Assembly (NCBI GenBank): GCA_977016875.1
Contig: CDRNST010000306.1
Span: forward strand, 62,001-126,000
Direction of reading: 5' to 3'
DNA: 64,000 bases
Source of the DNA: Pavona decussata
Lineage: Eukaryota
Numbering within the stretch: the first letter of the stretch is position 1; the number at the start of each line of letters is the position of its first letter. Shown in pieces: positions 44,623 through 56,943 of this stretch. A program made the position numbers and the translations under genes. The notes under the pieces were generated by a model. It saw nothing but the letters and a program-made list of their open reading frames with translations, made no database searches and was not told where the DNA came from.

Positions 44623-45510
44623 CTATACTTTCACTTCTTCAGTTTCTGCCAAGTTATTTAAAGGTCTCTCCTCAATCATGGGCGTTTCCTCAGCATAGTT
44701 ATCCTTGCACAGTTTTTTACCCAGTGCTATTCTGAAGTCAGGCATTTGAAATACATAAATAACTGGATTTAAAAATGAATTGGCATAATGCAGTAACTTA
44801 CAGGAAAACAGAACACTGTAGGGAAAGCAAGACTTACAAAAGAAATTGATTATGTTTAACAAATGAAATAGTAACCAAGTGACCACAAAAGTCAAGGTAA
44901 TTGTTAAGAGCATTCTGGCTATCTTTTTGTCGCTCCTTGAGGAGTGATGCCGTGCCGGGCTGAAATAAAACTTAACCCTGATCCAAATACCTATGTATGA
45001 CACGCACATTGAGAATAAGCAAGAGCTTAAACATGTCATCATTGCATAAAAGAACACTTCATAAGGAATCACGTGGTACTTGTAGAGTAGGTGAAGTACA
45101 GTGACGACGAATGCCAGGATCCAGACTGCGCCAATCATTAGCAGGCATTTGACATCAGTCAAGACCGCACGGTGACGGAGTGGCCAGCAAAACGCGTATA
45201 GACGCTCCAAACCAATTGCCGTGAGCGTGAAGACAGATGCAAATCCGGAAGCGATGTCCACGGCGGTGTAAATACTCTGATATGTAACGTTGTCCAAGTG
45301 ATAGCACAAGAGAATTATGTACATAGGAACTGCGATTGCGCCCACGAGAAGGTCAGCGGCTGCTAAGTTGATCAGAAAGTAGCTCGAACGCATGTGCAGA
45401 AGCTTCTTGTAGCCGAAAAAGGCAATCACTGTAAGAATGTTACCTGTCATTATTAAGAAGGCAACTAGGCCAAATCCTACACTCCATCCAATAATTTCCA
45501 CGGAACTCAT
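44623..45510 (-). CDS. Class A orphan GPCR, 295 aa (D3.32; P6.50L)
   Basis: GN (TM1), LINLAAADL (TM2), IGLERLY..WPL (TM3), TWLLF (TM6), NSFLNPVIY (TM7), MPDFR; minus-strand acceptor 34 nt before the ATG. Confidence 0.92.
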   Translation of the reverse strand: MSSVEIIGWSVGFGLVAFLIMTGNILTVIAFFGYKKLLHMRSSYFLINLAAADLLVGAIAVPMYIILLCYHLDNVTYQSIYTAVDIASGFASVFTLTAIGLERLYAFCWPLRHRAVLTDVKCLLMIGAVWILAFVVTVLHLLYKYHVIPYEVFFYAMMTCLSSCLFSMCVSYIGIWIRVKFYFSPARHHSSRSDKKIARMLLTITLTFVVTWLLFHLLNIINFFCKSCFPYSVLFSCKLLHYANSFLNPVIYVFQMPDFRIALGKKLCKDNYAEETPMIEERPLNNLAETEEVKV

Positions 45511-48500
45511 CTTTATATAGCTGTATTAATCTATGGTATTCAATCTGCACAAAAAAGAAAAAAAAACAAAGAGAATGAGCAGGTGAGATACAAAACATTT
45601 GTATGAAAGGGGATAAGTTTACACCTTACTTCACGTAAATAGGGCGCGGAGAACGCGAACAAAATGGATTTTATGTCTTGACAAGCCAAAAACACGACTT
45701 TATAGCTAAAACGTGGAAAGCCATTTATACCAAGACTTTGCCTCTTATGGAAATCTTGCTAATCATCACAGTCTGAAAGACGCGACGGTTTTTTTTTTTT
45801 TTGTAGAAATAGAACTATTTCAATACCACTGAAGTACTTTTAATACTTAGTTCTTACATGTGGTTCCAATATATCTCCCAGGTTAGTGAGAAATCCTAGA
45901 ATAAGAACCGTTATAATTAAATCAGTTGCTACCATCTGTCTCACACGATTAAATTGTACGCGTTCGTTTACTGTAATACGTTACGATGGCCGGAAGCGGT
46001 GATACATTTACGCGGCGAAAATCGATAAAAAGAATTATCAATGGGAAGCGAACTGATCAAAGTTTGAACATCTCACCTGTTCAAAAATTGTTTATGATAT
46101 TGACCACCAAAGAAAAAAAGGTGGAACACTCAATTCGGCTTTCATTAGATTTTTTATCCCATGCATGGATGTGCTTCGTAACGGGCAACACGGGAAGTTA
46201 AAGAAAGGAAGTTAAAGGAAGTTGCGAAACTTGAAAATGAAACACTCATTTTAATTCGGCGTATAAAAAACAAAACAAAACAGGAAACAACAACAAGAAA
46301 GAAAGAAGGGACGAGAGAAAATAAATTCAAATAATGTCTTTTCTTACCTTTTTGTTATGGCTACATGATCAAAATTTACGCTGTCGTATTAAAAAAATTC
46401 ATTTTTGGAAGATGCTGCTCTTGAAAAGTGTTAAGTCTACCTTGAAAATTGAAATAATGCAATTCTTACTCCTGTTCGTTAAAACCTCGGTTCAACACAC
46501 TGAGCAAAGCAATCCAGGATGAATATTAAAATGCCACACTTACTGGCGAAATTAATAACAGTGTCAGTCTGATGCTTTACATGAAATAACTTACATTTCC
46601 TGGTCTTCGCCTCAAATCCCTCAGTTTTGGCTATTCATTTCCTTTTCTATTGGAAATTTCCGTATCATGTTTCTGTTTTTTGAAGTTTCAAACTGTAATA
46701 TATTAAGTCCATTTAATTACAAATCCACATTGTTTACATCTGAATATGTCAGAACCGCTTGACAAGAGTTCATGACGTATAGCACTTTTAAGTTGATATA
46801 GGAAAATAATGCTTTGGATATTGGATTAAGTCCAGAATTTCACTGGCATTGACAGGTAATTTTTCTTTCGCTCATCTAAGTGAACCATGAAGAATGAAAT
46901 AGAATAAAAACAAAAGTCTTGCATCGTATTCAGACTAAAGAAACCATATGTGCCTATATTTTGTATCGAAAATAAAAGAAATCGAAATGCATTTATTGTT
47001 TTTGATGTGTTTCAAGAAGCAGTGTTTTCTACTTTCTTAATACAGCCTTACTAGAATTTCCTCCATGGCTGACAAGTTAAATTTAAATATTCCAAATCCG
47101 AGTAAAGGAGACAGGTGACATTTATAAGTAGTACCTTTGGCAGCTCAGAAAATGTGCAGCTTTTTATAATCTTAAACCATGATACCTAGGCTAAAAGAGC
47201 TTTAAGGAATATAGATATGTGAACTGTTTCACTTTAATGGTCGTTTGTAGCGCTTTCATACGAGAATAAGTAAAAGACACTTTAAAAATTCATTTACGAT
47301 GAGCTTGAAATACACATCGCATTTAAAAATATGAAAAACTTAACATTGGCCGATTAAAGTAGCACGTTGGCATAGCTGATTGAGAGGCAAAACAAAATTT
47401 AAAACTGAGACTAGTAACACGATTTTGTCGGTCCAAACTAGATCTTTATATTTATAAGACCCCGTTAATGAAGATATGTAACTTTAGTAGTATTACCTCT
47501 GTTACCTTATGGATAGATTATATTGGATTTAACACAAAAAGGTTTAAAGAAATAAACTTAGTTCATGATTACCTTAGAATATCCTCAAATGATATAAGAA
47601 AGTGATCAGTTCTTTTATGTGAAAGATCCCACTCTTTGAAAGGAGTGTACGTTTCCTTATGTTTTTCGCGCGACACAGCACGCCAAACAGCAGCCTTTTG
47701 TGAATTCGTGATTATATGCGGTTGCAGTATTTGGTGCCTTGAGTTATAAACATACATGCACCCCACTGGGACGAAAACGCGTTTCAGTACTCCTCGTGCT
47801 AGCTTTTTCTTCTGGTGTTACTAAAATTGGTTTCTTGTGTATTCCCTCGTGTCGTTTGAGAATAAATACATCCTTTGAATTGTTGCAAGAACACTTTAAC
47901 AGCTTTGAGCCAAATACACTGTGAATTCACTGGTTTAGAAACACTTAAGCAGCAAACCCCCCTTCTGTTTCAAACAATGAAAAATATTCAATCGCAAAAT
48001 TAGGAAGAGGTAAGAAATTAAATTTTACATAAAAAATTGTTTGCCACCTGCCGGTGCCTCAGGTAATTTTTCAAGGGTATTGTGGAAAAAAGATGCTGTT
48101 AACGTAAACAATCGGCCGATAATGATTTGTTATTCCCGAAAAGAAGTCAGTATAATATGATATCACCAGGAGCTACACGAAAATAGCGCGAGCTATATTG
48201 CATTCTCTTTTTATTTTAGCGTTGCGAATTAATGTCAGGCTTCATCAAAATTTTCCTTTTTCGTTGGTTACAGGAAAACGAAGTTGTATGATTATCTACT
48301 TTTTTTTTTCAAAATTTTTCTTCCATCTTGCCGAGGTGTGTTTTTCTTTGTAACATAAGTTTTTATGAGACGGAAATGCATAAATTTGCATGTTTCACTT
48401 CTATGAAAATATAGAAACAAGTGTCATGATTACGGGAATTAAAATGTTACACGGATGCTATTTTCTTTTCTTCTTCTTCTTCTTCTTAGTAGTGTATGTA

Positions 48501-49174
48501 GAATTATTTCTGGATGATTTTCACCCAACTTATTATAGTTTTAAATTAGTATTCTAAACAATTAGACTTTTCTTTTCTTTTGCATCATTATTAATTTGCA
48601 TTCATGAAATCGAAAGGTCAATATCAGATACTCTTCCTTCGAGTCGGAAATTTTTAAGACGTTTCAAGTTTGTAAAGATTCGAAAGTAATTTCTCTTTGT
48701 CCTCGATGTAATTTGGTGCCATCTCGACCAAACCTCGATGTATAAAAAATTCCTTCCTTCCCTTGTGGTGTCTACAACAACTTTGGCGTTGTTTCAGATG
48801 GCTAAAATTGATATTAAAACCAGCTCGCTATCCAGTGTAATCACCTAAACAGGCGAAGGTCATGTACCGTCAAGATGAGGAGGAAAATAAGACATCAACA
48901 AGAATCAAACGCTGGTTATTACTCGGGCCGTAAGGCGGCACGAGTTAAGTTTTCCGTCGCGTCATCAAATTCTTTTTTTCAATTTGTTCAAGAAGGAAAC
49001 CGTTTTGTCAACAAACTTCTTGAATTTGTGCCCTAGAGCTCACAGAGCTTTGTTTGGTTAAATCATGTTTCATATCGTTGATACATCTGAGTAAAAGAAT
49101 TTGAGCTTATATTGATAAGTTGATATTAGAGTGTTTATGTCAGTGTATGCTAAATATAGCAAATTTAAAAATTG

Positions 49175-50194
49175 TCAATTGTACACAAATTTTTATCCAT
49201 CGTCGACAAATGCTTCCCCAAGAACCACCCATTAAACAAGAGCTTCAACAGACACACACTAAAACTCAGCTACTCATGCATGCCAAACATGAAAACCATC
49301 ATCGTATCACATAACAAACAGATACTCTCAAATGTAGCAACGACCCCAAACCAAAATCATGACCCGAGCTGCAACTGCAGGAAGAAAGCAGAACTGATGC
49401 CCACTTGATGGTAAATGCCTCTAAGCGAACGTGGCCCGGCCTACCAAACGATGGTAACGACGGTAACAACAACAGAATCGTACGTGGGACTGGCATCAAA
49501 CTTTAAAGAACGATAACGAAACCGCAACACATTCTTCCGAAACGCCAACAGACGAAATGCAACGGAACTATCTGAACATATATGGACCCTGAAGGACGCA
49601 AGCAAAACTGATTTCGCATTAAATGGAAAGTACTCAAAAAGTGCAAACCCTACAATAACACTAACAAGAAATGTAACCTATGCCTTCACGAAAAGTTTAT
49701 TTTAATCTGTGGAAAAGATCTTTGTAGCCTGAACAAACGCAATGAATTACCAAGTTCATACCCCCATAGAAATAGATATGTACTCAAAACCTCTCGAATA
49801 ACGTAAAGTAACCGTTTGACATCATAGCACGTAAATTGTATCACGCCACGTGCATTAGTATTTTATCGCCCAGCAAACGCTTGTTTTAAATCACCAGGTC
49901 GAATGATTTCACAAATCCATGCCCTCATATAAATAGATATGTACCAAAAACCTCTTGTATAATGTAACGTAACCGTTTGTATCATGGCACGTGAATTTTA
50001 TCACAGCACGTGGAATTGTATTTTATCGCCTAGCCGCTGCTTGTTTTACATCGCCAGTTTTTGATTACTTTATATAGCCAGCTTTTGTCGTTGAAGTTGC
50101 CTGATGATTGAGGTCATCTCCTGACCATGCGAAACAGAGCTGTAGCAATAAAACGATGAATCACTTCTGAAGCCTGAACTATGTTTCCTGAGTG
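49175..50194 (+). mobile_element. Penelope-like element 3' fragment (GIY-YIG endonuclease remnant plus terminal repeat)
   Basis: KFLSIVDKCFPKNHPLNKSFNRHTLKLSYSCMPNMK..HN..CNCRKK..CPL.GKCL..ESYVGLA..FKER..TELS.HIW.LK..KCNLCLHEK..LNKRNEL; ~161-bp tandem duplication 49771-50056. Confidence 0.85.
50097..50148 (+). ncRNA. Minimal type-I hammerhead ribozyme in the Penelope terminal repeat
   Basis: TTGC-CTGATGA-[GGTCA-TCTCC-TGACC stem II]-GAAA-CAG-AG-CTG-TA-GCAA; intact CUGANGA, GAAA and GUA core. Confidence 0.65.
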
Positions 50195-53100
50195 TATATC
50201 TCTATATCTATCGATTTGGGGGAGTTGGCGATGCTGGAAGTTATCACTGCTAAAAGATCGTAGGCTTACGCACCACACAGTCAATAGAGCTAATGTCATC
50301 TTACAAAGTGTTTAAATCAGCGGACTCTTAGAAGTGGTAAAAATGTATGACCACAAAACCCTGAAATCGCAAAGCAATTAATAAATGCCGCAGTTTGAAA
50401 ATGTAAACAAAGGGACAAAATGTAAATTGAAGCAAACACATGCAGTACAACTGCGCCAAACACAACACACGATTCCTTCTAAATACTGTCTGTCGTAGAG
50501 GATGACGATCAGATATCACCAACAATTTTTATTTGATAAATTTTAATATATTTTAGCCCACTTTGTCTGAGTAACATTTTCATAATTACTAAGAATGGGT
50601 TAAATATTGAACTTTGGCATCAATTTAAACATGGACGTCCTGGATATTGTAAACATATCACCCAAATTTTAATCTTCCTGCGGAAGTCGCTGAAGGCCTT
50701 ATAATAATGGCGCGAAAAACTGAAAGCATAATCAATTTATTGTATGTATGAGCTTTTTTTTTCAATAATGACCGAGCGACGTTTCCTCGCCACCTTGATC
50801 TGTGTATAGGTTAACTTCAGAAATGCCTTTTCCGTTGATGCTACAATGAATATATAATTTGCTGCCACGACTGCGGGGTACATTTCGTTTTGGCACGATT
50901 TTCCAATCTTCATTTTTGACCCTGGGTACAAATTAAGAGCAAATACATTAAGACATCTTTGACATGCCAAACATTTTCTTTTGCAAACACATAGACATAG
51001 CAACTTCCATAAATCGGGCTATTAGTTTGTCTTCGCTGCTAAAGTACTATCCGTATCCTTCTGAGCTCTGTCTCCGACATATGGTAGCTAAGTATGCTTT
51101 GCCAAGGCCTTCTGTACGCTTAGAAAACTTTGTTTCTTCTCCCGTATTTTCTTTTCAACTATTTGACGATAAACATCTTAAGTGGAGCGAAAATATTCCC
51201 GAAACAACGCTGCGTCCCAAAAGCGGGGATTTCAACTTGAAAATGATTGACAGCGTTTTCTGTGGTGATATATTACCTGCGGTTATATATTATATATATC
51301 ACCACATTATGGTGCAAACTAGTTTCCCACTTTTTCTAGATTGTTAAAGATTCAAAAATGGGAGCAAGTTAACTCCAATGTGACAAAGAACAAATTCGTA
51401 TTTTTTTATTAGTATGTTCTATTTGTTTGGGAGTGCATTTAACTACGAGGGTAAAGATCTAAACAGGTGACGGTATTCTCTCAGACACGCAATAAGAACA
51501 CAAAGCTGACTCAAATAAAGGCGACTTTAAAAAACCTATAATTAGCATATCCTAAATGTAAACATACTGACATTATATATAAAACATCGCAACCTCATAA
51601 TGTGGATTTCCTTATGAAGGAGAATTTCTTTGCTTTAACTGAGGAACCTCAGACCACCGAGTGAGGTGAGTTTTGTGAAGGGCATTTGCTTCTTATCTTG
51701 CTGAAAGACTCCATACGGAAGGAAATCCTAGAAATGTAAAATTCGTTCCAAAAATTGAACGATTGCTCAGCTTACTATCGCCCACCTACTATTTTCGAAT
51801 GGTTCGCAGACTTCGAATCCGGAGCAAATACGATGTGATTCTCACAACCAAACTATGATATTGTAGGTTATATATTTATCACCTCTACTCGATTCAAAAT
51901 TAGAGCATTGTTCGTTGACAGGCGACAAACAAAGAGAAATCTAAGCTTTAAATCATTTCGCGAATACCAGCGGGAAATGTAAAAACGTTAGCGTGACGGA
52001 CTTATTCTAAACTGGCCATGTAACAAACTATTCGACATTAAAACAAAACCAGTACTGAAGGCTTTCATTTGCAGCCAAAAATACCGAAAAGACTATTATT
52101 AGTAATATTTGATCCCGAAAACCGAACGAAACGCGACAAAATAACCTTTATTAGTATGAATAGGTAGTGAAATACATAAACAAATGAAGCCATGTTTGTT
52201 CAGAACTTTGCAACCAATAGTTTTCTTATTCTTCGGATCGCGTTTTTGCTAGGTTAAGTAACGGAAATGTCAGTGCCTTTTTTGGTGATGGAGGAGGGCA
52301 TATTTCTATCGAATATTCCAATATAAGACAAACTTGAATATGCCCCCCCCCCCCCCCCCCAATACCACCACCACCACCACTCCCCCCCGCTTCCATCAAC
52401 GCACGCTAAGGCTCCTAACATATTTCAATACGGCCCACAATGTAAAGCTGGGTGAATAAACTGAATCCAAGCGTTTCTTTTTTTTAATGTCTTAGATTCA
52501 GTTATATTAAGACAATAAACATAAAGTTTTGCCTTGGGCATGTTTAAAAATCTATATACATAGAAGCTCACGTTCTTGAGTTTAGCACCTTGAATAATTG
52601 TTTTGTTGCATAATTTAAGGAATACGGTGGATTGAACTAGCAAACATATTGACCAAGATCATCATGATTGCCATGTAAAACTCCATTACGCATTATTAGT
52701 AAGAAGACATTCAAAGCACCACAAGGAATACTTTTGCACAAATGGGCACACTGGCCTGGGACACTTACGTCTAGAGTGTCTGTGCTAAACTTTGAAGGCA
52801 AATTGGCCTCCCACAATCCAGTATTCGCCCTAAATAAATCATACGCCATCGTAAAAGGATATCCATCTCTTATGGATTGAGTATTGGAAAGTACAAATGC
52901 TGCTCAGTAGGTTATGAGTGGGAATTAGAAGTAACTGAGCTATTTATAAGCATGAGGTGGCAAAGTTGACGGCTCGAAAGCTTCAGTTTGAATTGCCACA
53001 GCTAGGATGCCACCTACCGACGGAAAAGGAAATTTTTTTTTTTGCACAGGTCAACAAATAACACAACAAGAATATAGGCTGAATGGACCTCTTCAGAAAT

Positions 53101-56100
53101 GTGGCAGCATTTGTCATATCACCTCAATATGTATGAAGTAACTAAAGAAAAAAACAAAAATAAAAACAAACTCAATGACAAAAATACAACGACTACAACA
53201 ACCAAACAGGTCAATGTTTTATGGTGGATGTCCTTTAACGTTTTGATTATAATTAAATCATTCTTCTCTCAGTAGTTGATAGCAGCTACCGCGAATTTTC
53301 AGTTACGAAAAAAAATGTATTTCATTTTTCTCGAAAAGTTATCATGTAAGGTAACGGGCCAAGATATTGATCACATAACACTGAAATATAATAAGTATAC
53401 GGTTAATAAAAAATATCTGCACTGTGGCTGTTTCGCTACTTCAGTAGGATTAAGAGGAAATGCATTGGGACATGCCAGGCCATTTCATTAATTACCGGTC
53501 ATAACTGGGCTGCTGCTTCTCATTTTCTTTCACTTTCTCATTAGTTTTGTGTCTAATCAACTACCAGTAGTAACGGAAGGTGCCCAATAGACCGCACTGC
53601 CTCTACATCTAATAGTGGATGAATCATGAAAAGCGAAGTTATTTTTTTTCAAGGATGACACTTTAAGAAAATAGGTTTCAGTCGCTTTATATGAGGTTCA
53701 ACCAATTTCTTTTGAGTCTTAAGTGATATTAATAAAAACTGTTCGATACTGCTAACATCTTTATTAAGTAGACAGTAAAAGTTCGCAGGTGACAAGCGAA
53801 TATATTTCAAGAAAAATAATTGATGTTTTTCAGTCTAAAGTTATGTAAATAGGGACCTTTCGATGCTGCTAACATTATTTCCAAGTAGTTCAATGCAACC
53901 TAGACATTTCGCGTTCTTAGTAATTTCTGTCCTTTTTTGGAAGAACGCAAGTAAAATAATAGCAATTTCAAATTTTATTAACAAATGATTTTAATTCATA
54001 GGAAATATTTCACGGTTGGAAAATTTCTTCTTTTAAACTTAAGGAACAAACCCAAAAATAAATCTGAACAAAAAGAATTTCGGACTGAAGAATTTTCTGC
54101 AGCTGAAGTAAGTTAACAACACCCAACATATAATCACAATAGTTATTGGGTGACTGTTAGAAAGAGAACGTACTGGTTTCTGTAAAAGGCGATTTTGCTG
54201 GTACAGTTTTGATTTTTATTGTGATTTTTTTTTTTTTTTGCTTAACTTCGAAAATGTTCAGAAGCATAATTATCCACCGCTGTTTTTCATCCTATTGATA
54301 AACATATTCATAAGAAATTAGGACCAAACTGTTCTGATGTTTTCTGCACGATTAATAACGGCCTGCACCTTTAAATCCCTTTTGTCAAGATATGCCGGCA
54401 AACAGATCGCCCTTTAGTTACCACTCCGCAGTTAAACGTGAGACTTACATCAATATTGCAATTATAATTACTTCATGTATGTCAGAAAAGCTTTCCGACT
54501 GGTCATCTTGTCATAAAAATGTTGAAAATCAGTAGAAACACGTTGGTCACCAGACTATGGTTGATTAATAGTTATCATAGGCTGTAGACTTTTCCTGAAG
54601 TTTTATCATTTAGGGACAAAAGTTTCCTGTGAAGCTGAATGACAATTTTCAATGCCTCGTAATGACAGGTGTCCTTCCGAAGCCCTCATTTGTCACAACG
54701 TAATAACAAAAACCCACATCAGATGAAACTAATAAATATTTTATGGAAATCATGACTTGAAGATAAATATCTTAGGCAAACATTAATCACACGTTCTACC
54801 GTTCTTCGTATAAATCTACTTTATATCACAGATCTAGCTGAGAAAAGGTTATCACCTTAGACAAACGGATTTCAGTTCAAACCAGAATCATTCAATTTCC
54901 AATTTTGCCAACGATCTCCCCTTAGTCGTATTAATAATTTTTGGTAAAGTTATGTTCCGTCAACTTTGCGAATAAAATTTAAAATTGTTCTGATTAATCG
55001 TAGGGAAGAATTATCCCAGCAGGAAAGACTTCCTGGCGAATTGCAATTTGTAAATTTTGTATTTTTAAACGCCTCGGTGAAAGGATAGGAAGATAAAATG
55101 TAAGTTCCGCTTTGGACAATCTGTTTACAAAAAGGCTTTCGCCCTTTTATTTCTTTGCCTCCATTGCAGTTTGATGTAAGCGCTGACACCTATTGTCGAT
55201 CATTCAAGGAAAGATTTGCTGTCATAAGCAGACGGTAAAGATAGTAGATAAACCGCAGTCAAATACTAACGTGCTTCAAATCTGGTGACATTGAATGAAG
55301 CTAACCGTGTGAGAGTCCGAAGCTGCCTCTTCAGAATTTTGTCTAAGTCTGTTTCTTACGGTCGTTTCCCAAGGCAATATGTCTCTTTTCGCGGTGAGTG
55401 TTTTCCGTATTTCTTTAACATGTCGACTAAACATTTATAATGGCATAAAACCAACAAACCGGTCCTCTGTCAGATAGAATGCTTTCCAATCATGCCTTAA
55501 CTAATACAATGTGTAGTCATCACAACTGTCGTCATGGATTACTTTTTTATGTTTTTACTTTCTTAGCAGACTCGATAACTTGAGACCCTAGTCGTTTTTG
55601 ACAAAAAAAAAAAGAAAAAGAAAGAAAAATTCAAAACTACATAACTTTGTAAGATGTGCGTTTACTTTGAAATTTCAATCAAACTGCACAGAAAAAAGCT
55701 GCGCAGCGGTAAACTATCGCATTCGTAATTATTTTGAGAGAAGGTGAAATATTTCGTCTATTCGTGTCTATTTTCAGGTTTGAATGTCAGTGTGATGGGT
55801 ATTTGGTTAGAATGATTTCAGAAGTCATTGATGTGTATTTATAGATATTTAAAGAAAAAAGGTTTAGAGAAACAGGCAAAGAATAAGAAAGAAATTCCTA
55901 AAAACGTTTATATAATTCGGTGCAGAAATTCAAGGTTATTCATGTTCATGTCACTGGCTCAATCAAGTTGTTATGGGCAAACCGCTTGATTTTTACACCA
56001 TATAATGCATTCCTGAAATGATAACAAGAGGAAACATCACAAAGGCCTTTTGGTCAGTCAAATGTTATTAGCTAGGAGCCGATTCATTGTTGCGGGTAGT

Positions 56101-56609
56101 AGATACTGCTATATTACTAGGTATTTAATCAAAGGCTCCTGTGAGCCAACTCGTGAATGGAAAGTGATGAGTGGTAGCCGTAATGCGGTATTCGCATCAA
56201 ACTTCGCTACAAGGATCCGCGGACGCCATGCGGGAATGAAGGGTGACCTGAAAGGTATTTTGTCGGCATTGTGTTTGGTTGGCCCATGAACCGAAATATA
56301 AATCGTATTTAACAAGAAAGCCATAAAGGCTTAATAAGCGGCCTCACTGTAAGTCCGCATCAGTACGCCGCTTAGATTTTTTAGCCGTGAGAGTCGCCAT
56401 ATTTGCTGAAAGTTTACGGGCCATGGGGAGTGACCGATGAAATGACCGAGCGAGCGACATTTCCACATATCTCGATAACTGGTTACTGCACATGCGCGCA
56501 TTCACAAGTAAAAACGTAACGGGAAATAGCATTTCCTTTCTTTGATATAGACTTTTCAAAATTACGCCAAACAGAAAAATACGGCCTCCTGTTTTTAAAG
56601 TAACTAGAA

Positions 56610-56792
56610 AAATGAAATACTCATCATGTCACTAGCCTCCCACGCAGTCGTTTTTTGTGTGGGGAGGAGGTAATACGAGTCCCCTTAAAACGAGTGCGTG
56701 GGAGGCTATCATGTCACCTGCATGGGAGAAAGAGAAGTCTCTGACAGGAATCGAACCCATGACCTTCCGACATCGATCGCGTGCTCTAACCA
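56610..56792 (-). mobile_element. tRNA-derived SINE remnant interrupted by a MITE
   Basis: Minus-strand TGGTTAGAGCAC and GGTTCGATTCC boxes. Confidence 0.55.
56633..56708. mobile_element. 76-bp MITE TAGCCTCCCACGCA...TGCGTGGGAGGCTA
   Basis: Perfect 9-bp TSD TCATGTCAC. Confidence 0.88.
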
Positions 56793-56943
56793 ATAGAAAC
56801 CTTCAGATCTATACTGAAATTTTCCAGTTTTTGCGTGCGCACTTCCCCTTGTTTATTGTTATTTATGTGTGTGCGTGTGTGTGTCTATGTTAATGTAGGG
56901 TATTTGCAAATTTTTCCCGCTTGGCTTAGCCACTTAGCTCGAT

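Larger units (their letters stand above)
48916..50285 (+). mobile_element. DINE-1/HINE-like element, copy 2 (3' hairpin lost), interrupted by Penelope
   Basis: TTATTACTCGGGCCGTAAGGCGG.. matches the start of copy 1; TTGGCGATGCTGGA.GTTATCACTG...TACGCACCACACAGTCAA matches the 3' part of copy 1. Confidence 0.7.

Noticed and set aside
52637-52849. Minus ORF with AHLCKSIPC resembling the GPCR ECL3 FCKSPSC
   Set aside because: No flanking TM6 WLP or TM7 NPxxY; the similarity is too short to call a fifth receptor
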